This document shows positions 54,490 to 64,000 of a stretch of 64,000 bases of DNA, piece by piece. Position 1 is the first letter of the stretch. Every line of letters begins with the position of its first letter. The stretch covers positions 1,240,001 through 1,304,000 of the forward strand of contig NC_043018.1 of the NCBI RefSeq assembly GCF_006345805.1, given 5' to 3'. The stretch comes from Octopus sinensis. Its lineage: Eukaryota. The translations under genes were made by a program, and so were the position numbers. The notes under the pieces were generated by a model. That model saw nothing but the letters and a program-made list of their open reading frames with translations, did no database searches and had not been told where the DNA came from.

Positions 54490-54970
54490 ATGTGTGTGTA
54501 TATATATATGTATATATATATATATATATACAGGGACAGAAAAACGGACGATGCCACATGAATATAAAACACAAAAAACAATAATGGTAAAAACAGGACA
54601 AAAAACAGTACAAGTTTAGCTGGCGTATTTTGAAAAAAATGCCTTTATCGGCAGACGAAGACACAGATGTTCTCACGGCAGTGGTCGGAGGCCAAAAGGC
54701 TGATTTTGGACCAGCGGTCACGTTAGAGAAGTGAGAGAAAAGAAAGGGGGCAAAGGAAACAAAGAGATAAAGAAAGAGGGACGAAGACAATAAAGGGGGA
54801 GAAGAGAGAGAAAGAAGGAATTAAAGAGGGGAGAAGAAAGAGTGCGTGCCAAGGAGGGCTAGTGAGTGCAAGGTGAGAAAGACAGAGAATTGTGAGAGAG
54901 TGGGGGGGAAGAGTAGACCAAAGAATCAGAGGCAAGAAAAGAGAAAAGGAGAAGTAGAGAGAGAGAGAGA
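53581..54970. repeat. Two-unit tandem duplication (~710-bp period)
   Basis: CCAGGTGAGA at 53581 and 54291; the units differ mostly by 1-2-bp indels. Confidence 0.9.
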
Positions 54971-55820
54971 GAAGGGGACAGATCAAAGTAGAGTGCAAGG
55001 GGTGAAAGGCAGATAAATGTTAGAGAGAGAGACAGTGTGTAGAGTCGTACCAAATTTACAGGAATATGTACTTACGTAAGTGCCAACGAGGGTACGGACG
55101 CCGCTATATATATTTTATATGTAGAAAATTAGAAACTGGGACAAGAACGTAAAACATTTAGATGACGATACAAAAAACACGGACGGGACATTCGATATAT
55201 GCATACATACATGGCGGCATACACACATACATACAGAAAGTGATGGGTGTTCTGACACCTACATATTCTGAAGCTTGTGCAGCCATACCTAACGAACGTG
55301 TTACGCTGATCTCTTAATTTATGATGTTCACTAAGATTAACGATTCTAGACATGAACTCTGATCATAGATATATCGTTACAAATATTGTAAATTGCCTTA
55401 GGGAGAATCAACAGTAAGATGTAGCATATTTCCTGTTGTCTGCAGCATGAATAATTAATCGTAGTCATTTAAAAAAAAACATAGGCTGGTTGCTATCACA
55501 CTCCCTCCTTTTCTCCGTGTCTTAACGTCGCTCCCTCTCTCACCATCTCTCCCGCTCGCTCTCATTCTCTCTCTCACACACACACATGTACGCATACAAA
55601 TACGCTCCTCCACACCCAAAGGACAATTACTGACATATAACATATACGTACTTGTGCGTTATAACGATCACTCACATATATGCGCATACCTATATATCCA
55701 TATACATCTATACGTCTATTATTAACGTTTATATATTTATGCATTTACATAGGTGCGTATATTAATGAGAGCGTGAATCTGCGTGCATTAAATAGTTGCA
55801 ATATATATATATATTATATA

Positions 55821-55868
<48 letters not shown>

Positions 55869-55994
55869 ATGTATATATATAGACATATATATATACATAC
55901 ATATATATATTAACATATACATATATATATATATATATATACATACATACACACACACACACACATATGTATATATATTCATACATACACACAC

Positions 55995-56057
<63 letters not shown>

Positions 56058-56100
56058 TGATAGATAGACAGACAGATAGATAGATAGATAGAGATTGATA

Positions 56101-56440
56101 ATATTTTGGGACGGTCATTTTTTGATTGCCAAATAATCACACGCGCTGGCTTACACTTCAGATTTATTATTCTTCTTAATACATTCTCCTTTGACTGAAA
56201 ACCTTTTGCCACCTGTCCTGTGATCTTTTCAACGACACTCCATCACACGTGTCTGCCACATGTCTGTTTAGTCCTTTCTGTCGTTCTTTCAGAATGGACT
56301 AAACAGAACAGGTGGAGACACGTCGGATGGAGAGTCATTGGAGTGGTCATAAGTATGCGGCGAAGGATTTCCAGACAACGGGCATAAAATAAAGACAATA
56401 ATATAGGGGTGAAAAACAAAAATGACCATCCCCAACTGTA
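56101..56440. mobile_element. Palindromic MITE (Tc1/mariner-like ends)
   Basis: TGGGACGGTCATTTTT / AAAAATGACCATCCCCAACTGTA ends; inner arms 56230-56280 and 56290-56340. Confidence 0.7.
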
Positions 56441-56729
56441 ATAATATCTGTTTCAACACACAATTTCATGTCATGTATCTTGCAAGGTAAATATATAAGA
56501 GCTAAACCGCTCCACTGTTGTGGTTAACGCGCACGAATGAAGACAAAATCGTCCGAAAAGTGCCGATCGAGTATTCTTAATACTGATGCGTCAGATTCGG
56601 CAATTTCCGTTGCATCATCAGTTAATACAGTTTATCTTCGGCTCTTTCCGGACTCACTTCACCATTAGTATTTATGTTTCCCTCGTCCAAATAATTGGAT
56701 GATTTAGCCATTCGCTAATGCGTATAGGT

Positions 56730-57111
56730 GGAGGCGCAATGGCCCAGTGGTTAGGGCAGCGGACTCGCGGTCGTAGGATCGCTGTTTCGATTCCCAGACC
56801 GGGTGTTGTGAGTGTTTATTGAGCAAAAACACCTAAAAGCTCCACGAGGCTCCGGCAGGGGATGGTGGTGATCCCTGTGTACTCTTTCACCACAACTTTC
56901 TCTCACTCTTACTTCCTGTTTCTGTTGTACCCGTATTTCAAAGGGCCGGCCTTGTCACTCTCTGTGTCACGCTGAATATCCCCGAGAACTACGTTAAGGA
57001 TACACGTGTCTGTGGAGGGCTCAGCCACTTACACGTTAATTTCACGAGCAGGCTGTTCCGTTAATCGGATCAACCGGAACCCTCGTCGCCGTAACCGACG
57101 GAGTGCTTCCA
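56730..57111 (+). mobile_element. SINE A tail type 1, full length
   Basis: Near-identical to 7706-8086. Confidence 0.92.
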
Positions 57112-57774
57112 TATATAAATATATAAATAAATATAAACCGCAGTTTGCAATGGTTTACCATAAAGGAGAATTACAGATGTCACTAAATGAGACTAGGGTT
57201 GTAGGAAACACTTACAATGGAAAAAATAAGACGTGAACCGCGCCAACGCTGTAGTTAACGCACGTGATGAAAACATATACACAAACAGGGACCATAATCT
57301 TCCGGAAAGTGCTGATCGAAAATTCTTAATACTGACGTGTCAGCTTCAGCAATTTCCGTTGTCTCATCAGTTATAAGACAGCTCGATTTCGGTTCTTTCC
57401 GGACTCGCTTCGCCATCAATATTTATGTTTCCGTCATCCAAATAATTGGAGGATTTAGCAATGTAGGTGTTTCTGAACAGCCTAGTCGCATTGATAATAC
57501 CTACGTACGTACATTGTAGCAATTGGTGTGAGAAAGATATTCGCAATTATGTTATGAACTCTATTTAGAATACAGGTGTTACTGCTATTATGAGCAATGC
57601 GATCAAACGAGAGCTACATCGCTTGCATTGCAAGTTTAGCTCTAAAACCAAGTTATTAGAAACCCAAAGCACATATGAAATGTTAAATTACAAAAATACA
57701 TATATATATATATAGTATATAATATGTCTGTCTCCGTATACGAATGTGTGTGTGTGTGTATTTATATATATATA

Positions 57775-57815
<41 letters not shown>

Positions 57816-57958
57816 CATACATATGTGTGTATATATTTGTAATATATATATAATTATATTATATATATACATATATGTATATATATATATATATATATAC
57901 GTATATGTGTGTATATATTTGTAATATATGTATGTATATATTATATTATATATATATA

Positions 57959-58022
<64 letters not shown>

Positions 58023-58066
58023 ATATATGTATGTATACTGCATTCATACCTACATGCACACATATA

Positions 58067-58870
58067 TAGAGGGGGCGTAAGATATTTCAGGACAGCTTTA
58101 TGTTTAGAAAATGTATAATAAAATAACTTTATTTATCAAAATAGAATGCTATGAGGATAAATATAATTTTTTTATATAATCTTATTCAATAAGATTTATC
58201 TTCAACAACGGCTACTGTATGAGATATAAATCATCTACATGCTTGAATCAAGCGGTCCTGCTTCATTATGGACATTATTCTGACTACGGCAGCTTTCAAA
58301 GAATCTTTGGTATTAAGGGCGTGTTCATTGACATCTCCCTCAACAATACTCCACATGTAATAGGAATTAAGAGGCCAAATGTAAGGTTTTACGTGATCAG
58401 ACAAATTTTCAGCCATCCATTCTTGTGTTACTAGAGCCATATGTGACAGTGCAGTGTCGTACTGAAACACATATGGCCTTCTATTCCATACACTGTCTAT
58501 CCAGGTCTTAACAATTTTTTCCAGGACTTCAATGTAGGCGGCATGTAGGCCATGTGGGAAGAAGTAAAGAGCATCACAAGTCCTTCATTCCTGACAGCCA
58601 TAAATCCTTGACAGTTGTATGAAATGTTGTATGCATAACACTTGGAACTTCAGAAGGGTTTGCACATAACCATCTGTCATTTCTCATGTTAACTTTTCGA
58701 TCTTAATCGAAGTTTTTCTCGCTTGAGAAAACACAAATCATATCTTCTGCAGCATTTGTCATTTTGTTTATGAGGCTTTTAGATCTGGTAGTGATTTTCT
58801 GTTGCTTTTTCGGAGAAATTGACCTTTCCTCATCATATAAGTTTTATATTTTATAGTCATTTCTCTAAAA
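58067..58870 (-). mobile_element. maT/DD37D (Bmmar1-like) transposon, decayed transposase
   Basis: MRKGQFL, FSSEKNFD*DRKVNMRNDRWLC..EVPSVMHT, AAYIEVLE..PYVFQYDTALSH..TQEWMAEN..SLKAAVVRIM..LIQAC. Confidence 0.88.
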
Positions 58871-58949
58871 AAAAAAACCTAAAATATTTCATTAGTCATA
58901 ATATACGTAATTGTATTCTACATTCATTAAGTTCATATTTCTGTAACAT

Positions 58950-59160
58950 AGGAGCAGGTGTGTCTCTGTGGTAAGAAGCTTGCTTCCCAACTACATGATT
59001 CCAGGTTCACGCCCACTGCATGGCACGTTGGTCAAGTGTCTGCTACTATAGCCTCGGGTCGTCCAAGGCCTTGTGAGTGGATTTCGTAGATACAGACTGA
59101 AAGAATACTGCCGTGCATATATGAGGGACTGTGTCTTGTCGTACGACCACCGCTTGACAA
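58950..59160 (+). mobile_element. Old SINE B, 5' part
   Basis: Diverged head and CGCTTGACAAC. Confidence 0.8.
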
Positions 59161-59164
59161 CAAG

Positions 59165-59265
59165 TGCACGGAAATTGCTCAGGAAATGCTAGGCCATGCA
59201 AACCACAACTAAAACATCATGAAGATGATCATCATTAATGATGAGACATTGGATCAGGGCTTCTG
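59165..59265 (+). pseudogene. Mariner transposase fragment
   Basis: EIAQEMLGHANHN*NIMKMIIINDET resembles the mariner segment leading to the first catalytic D (IITGDET). Confidence 0.5.
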
Positions 59266-59808
59266 GGTATTAGAAATGCTGTTACTCAAAACTGGTCGCT
59301 TGTGGTAAACAATTTATTAGCTAGATCTTCCTCCGTTCAAAATCCCTGGGACGACGTACGTTGTCAGGATGTCGGTGGGAGCATACGTCCTGTATAATAT
59401 GTATCAAGTATGCTGTGTGCTAACTTCTGTTATTTGTTCACTCATTCGTCTAAGAAGACATATATACACATATGTACATGTGTACAGTTCCACACACACA
59501 CGTATATATAAACTCCCTTGCCGGCCACCCGACGAGTTTTATGTATGCTCGCCTCTCTTCCCTCCATTAAGGCTTTTAAGTGTGATTTATTTATCTGGCC
59601 CGTTTTTCACCCTTGAGTAAAAATTGGAAGTTCATGTCCCTTTTTTTCTCCATTATATGGTGCTTTTATATTACGATATAGCCAACACACAAACCTACGC
59701 TGTATCCCAGGTGAATATGCAACGGTGCGAGTTTAAAGTATTTAATCTGTACGGAAGAATTATCGCATTCTCAGCGAACCCTATTATACGCAATCATATA
59801 TACACATA

Positions 59809-60029
59809 TACGAGGTAGAACACAAAAGCTCCTGATTATATGTAAAAGAATCTACAAGAGGATCAGTTAATTATGATTGTATTCAAGATATTCATCTCTC
59901 AGATTCACACACTTGTTGCAACGATACTTCAGTTATTTCAATTTCCGCAAAAGAACTCAGAATGTTGTGCCTCCAACCAGGTCTTTTCCGATACCTTTAA
60001 TGCCAGGAACTTTACAGCATCGTCTAGTA
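59809..60029 (-). mobile_element. Internally deleted mariner element
   Basis: Degenerate TIRs TACGAGGTAGAACACAAAAGCTCCTG and TACTAGACGATGCTGTAAAGTTCCTG with TA flanks; C-terminal relic TWLEAQHSEFF..NKCVNL. Confidence 0.6.
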
Positions 60030-60097
60030 TACATACATACATACATACATACATAGATACATACATACATACATACATACATACATACATACATACA

Positions 60098-60129
<32 letters not shown>

Positions 60130-60134
60130 CATAT

Positions 60135-60350
60135 AAATACAATGAGAGGCTTCCAAATAGGAAAGCCTTGTGCTAGAAAGAGCATTAGAAAAATGGAAGT
60201 AGTTAGAAACCATGGTCTGGGAAATAATTGAGATGGTAAACGTTTTTAATTTTCATTCCTTTCGAGAATTTATCCTTGCTTGGTGGTTTGAGTTTTCTAC
60301 TGCTCTTTCTAGCACAAGGCTTTCCTATTTGGTAGCCTCTTATTGTATTT
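60135..60350. mobile_element. MITE-like element with 58-bp inverted arms
   Basis: 60135-60192 matches the reverse complement of 60293-60350 with 3 mismatches. Confidence 0.75.
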
Positions 60351-61719
60351 CTATGTGAATAATATATAGTCTAATGACTAATTCGTTTTTGTGCTAGGTC
60401 ACTGGTAATAATAATTTCTTATTACCCTATTTTTATATATATATATATATAATATATATATATATAATATATATATATATATATAAATATATACCATGTA
60501 TACATATGTAATGCAGAGTAATGCGAGAGAGAGGATCTGAACCGTAAGACAAAAAAATCAGTGATATTTCTGCCAATTATAACTCTGTGAAACTTCATTG
60601 TTTTCATGTCTATGCACTGCGGTAATAACATATTACGGTTTAACGACTTATTAAAGAAGTGAATTCATGAATTTCATGGATACATTTTCCAGTACATAAG
60701 CACTACCTCAACACACACACACACTGAAACACACAGACACTGTATCACATGTACACGAACAGACACACTCGCACAAACACACACACAGACACCTGTATAT
60801 AATTGACGTCTTAGTTTCCTTTACAGATTATACATTTTAACCCTGAGTCATGTCCAACTAATTCATTAATTACGCAATCGTTAGAGAAATGGAGTCAGCT
60901 GTCTACGTTGGAACGAATATCTGAAGACAACAACAACAACATCATATATTCATTTATTCGGGCAGACCATAAAGTCCGTTTTGATTCATCAGTAATTTTT
61001 GATTAATGAGATGGAAGACCAGCGCTAGACATCTAACTGTAGGAGGCGTCAACCAAATAAATATAATTTTACACTTTATTCAGTTGTAAGTGCAGTTTTG
61101 CTTTTACCTTATAAACAACATGTGTATGGGTGAGTATATTTGTTTGTGCGTGCGTCTTTGTATGGCTTATGTGTTTTGTTGCGTAATGTGTCAAATAGTC
61201 TTTGTCAGAAAAGAAATCTGTTTTTTTTTCCATTTGAGCGAATATTCTATAGCTAACTACTCAAGCATACTGGAGGTAGAAAATTGATTTACGTCAATCA
61301 GTGCAAATAGAATCTACCATATCGATGTAATTTGTGTATTTGTACGTATCTTAGAATTATGCGTAAAGTTATACCCAACTTATATTCCTTAAGCACGTCT
61401 AGTAGATTTTTCTAAACGTACCCATCATACAAAGAGAAAGAGAGAGAGAGAGGGGGAGGAAACACAGAGGAGAGAAACAGACAGAACGTGTTAGAAGGAT
61501 GAAAGTATCATCGCTAAGAAACGAAGATAACTGCTGTGTCGGACCTTGAAGGATTAAGATAAGCAGGAGATAAGATTAATACAATTTGCCCTGCATTCCT
61601 AAACCGTGAGCCAATTCGGGTTCATTATCTTTTATGATACATTCAATGTTGTGTTATAATGTAAGATCCATTCTAGTGTGTATAAATTATTAGAATACAC
61701 ACTGTGCATATCATAACAC

Positions 61720-61902
61720 ATGTGGCTGGGTGGTAAGATGCTTTATTCCAATTTTCATGGTTCCAGATTCAGTCCCGCAGCGTGGCATCCTGGGTATTAT
61801 TGGCTATTATTGGCTATTGGGTATTATTGATTATCATTGACCCGGGTTAACCAAAACTTTCTGAATAAATTTTGTTAGCGGAAACTGAAAGAAGCCCGTT
61901 GG

Positions 61903-61948
<46 letters not shown>

Positions 61949-62155
61949 GTTTGTCCCCCATCCACCGCTTGACAACCGCGGTTGGTGTGTTTAAAGCGAA
62001 GTGACATAGCGGTTCGGCAAAAGTACCTGTTCAATAAGTACCAGACTTTACAAAAACGTAGTAAGTACAGGGGTCGATATGTTCGACTAAAATCTTTCTA
62101 GGTGGTGCCCCAGCATGGCCGTAGTCTAATGACTGAAACAAGTAAAAAATAAAAA
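61720..62155 (+). mobile_element. Diverged SINE B
   Basis: Head, internal (TA)(TG) tract and tail are all present. Confidence 0.85.
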
Positions 62156-62437
62156 GATTCTATGATTTAACCAACCACACATTTCGCTCAATGCTGTGTT
62201 GCATAAATGCAGTAACAAATTTTCTGCATATACCCAGACACAAACGCACATACACATATATAAACATACACAAATTCATGCACACAACACACACATACAT
62301 ACATATATGAAAGAACTATTTGTTTGCCAGGACTTGAACTCCTATTTCGAATCTTCCATAAGATTAACACATGTCCTGCAATTAGGGATTTTCTTTTTTG
62401 ACTAATGGGATTATAATTTTAGTGTTAAATTTAGAGC

Positions 62438-62660
62438 TATTGCGTTGTCCGGAAAGTTCGTGCCGATTTATAGCAGCTTAAATTTCGACTTATTTTAGAA
62501 CATAGTTGAGTCCATAAAATAGGATTTCACTACACCTCCATTTAGAACAGAGTTTAAGCTATCTTTTCGTGGAAGAACGTTTATGTTCCTATAACCTGTG
62601 TTAATTATCAAATGATATAAAAAGAGAGTTCATGATGGTTTTGCTCGGGAGCCTGTTTAA
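62438..62660 (+). mobile_element. Mariner 5' end (solo TIR)
   Basis: TA|TTGCGTTGTCCGGAAAGTTCGTGCCGATTT resembles mellifera-type mariner TIRs; no partner TIR seen. Confidence 0.55.
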
Positions 62661-62876
62661 AAGTCTAATTCAAGAAGGTTTTTTTTTTTAAGTATATCGG
62701 TGAAGTTACTAAGTGTTAATAAGATTACTTAGAGTTCTAGTTCCCAGTTTCCAAGCAATTGCGTAACACTTCCTGGGTCATTGGCAGATTTCACCACGCA
62801 TCACTCACAAATACACACGCATACACACACACACGTTTATGTATACAGTAAGATAGATAAGCAGAGAGATCGATAG

Positions 62877-62922
<46 letters not shown>

Positions 62923-62958
62923 TATACACACACACACCACACGCACATATATATATTA

Positions 62959-62990
<32 letters not shown>

Positions 62991-63268
62991 TTATATAAAG
63001 AGAAAGGAAGACAAACAGAAAGAATGTGAGAGACAGATATACAGACAGTCAGACGGAGACAGAGTGATTACAAGACAGACAGAAATATCGGCACGTGTAG
63101 GCTTTTCTGAATATTCGTGCATATTTGTGACATATACATAATACAAATATTCGCAAATAAATGTATAATATTCATGTATATATAATAAAGAAAATATAAT
63201 CATAAAATTCGTCGAAATAGTCACGAACGAAAAGAATTTCATAATAATCCATTGGAGACTACCTATAA

Positions 63269-63312
<44 letters not shown>

Positions 63313-63666
63313 TATTATTATATTATTATTATTATTATTATCAACATTAGTATTAATAATAATGTTCCAGTATTGATTGATGCCAGATATCATATATGCA
63401 CACATGACTTCAGCACATTCTCTGAAACAGAGTAAACCATATCGATAGTTGTATTATTTTTTAATGAGAAATAATATATATATTCGTTTTATTTGGGCGG
63501 ACTATAATTATCTTTAATTACATTTCGTACGTGAAGCCTTTCACTCGCCAGATTTTTTTTTTTAATTTGTAATTTTTTTCATTTCTTATTTCGTTCAGCA
63601 GTTTACCGAAAAAGGTAATTGTAGATCATTTCAATTTCAAACAAATTGCTTAAAAATTATTTTCAG

Positions 63667-63667
<1 letters not shown>

Positions 63668-63739
<72 letters not shown>

Positions 63740-63740
63740 T
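63668..63740. repeat. (CT)n microsatellite
   Basis: Direct inspection. Confidence 0.95.
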
Positions 63741-64000
63741 TATCTATATATCTGTCTATCTATCTCACTCTCTCTGACTCACTCTGTCTCTTTCTATACA
63801 TATGTATGTGTGTATGTGTGCGTGTATGTACATATATATGTATATATAAACACAAATATATACATATATATGTCACACATATATATGTTACATGCATATA
63901 TTATATATATATATATTTATATATATATATTATTATATATATATATAATATTATATATATATAGCATATATATATTTACTTACATATATATATATAATAT

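Noticed and set aside
60827-61006. 59-codon open frame after a strong acceptor TTTCCTTTACAG
   Set aside because: No recognisable product; unsupported without transcripts

Overview
AT-rich, repeat-saturated eukaryotic DNA with no confidently identifiable host protein-coding gene; it is intergenic or a very large intron. The SINE families and microsatellite load look like an octopod cephalopod genome, which is an inference from recognition and not from a search. Most ORF-track entries are microsatellite artefacts (YI/IY, CV, LSIY repeats). The window holds many tRNA-derived modular SINEs (families called A, B, C and E/F here) and decayed retroelements: two Penelope-like elements, two R4/Dong-like LINE fragments, an RTE 3' end, a CR1/L2-like 3' end and an LTR remnant with a tRNA-Ser PBS. 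It also holds Tc1, mariner and maT (DD37D) relics, a canonical non-autonomous Helitron, several fold-back/MITE-like inverted repeats, abundant microsatellites and a 100-N gap. Best leads: (1) a 465-bp TIR element with telomere-like (CCCTAA) repeats, flanked by a perfect 21-bp direct repeat; (2) hammerhead-ribozyme motifs, including a palindrome with one on each strand and a minimal variant with a CUGUAGA core; (3) a ~545-bp non-tRNA retroposon embedded in (TAA)n, possibly R4/Dong-dependent; (4) recurrent inverted duplications centred on (TA)n; (5) a LINE 3' end matching the SINE-B tail. All identities are judged by eye.
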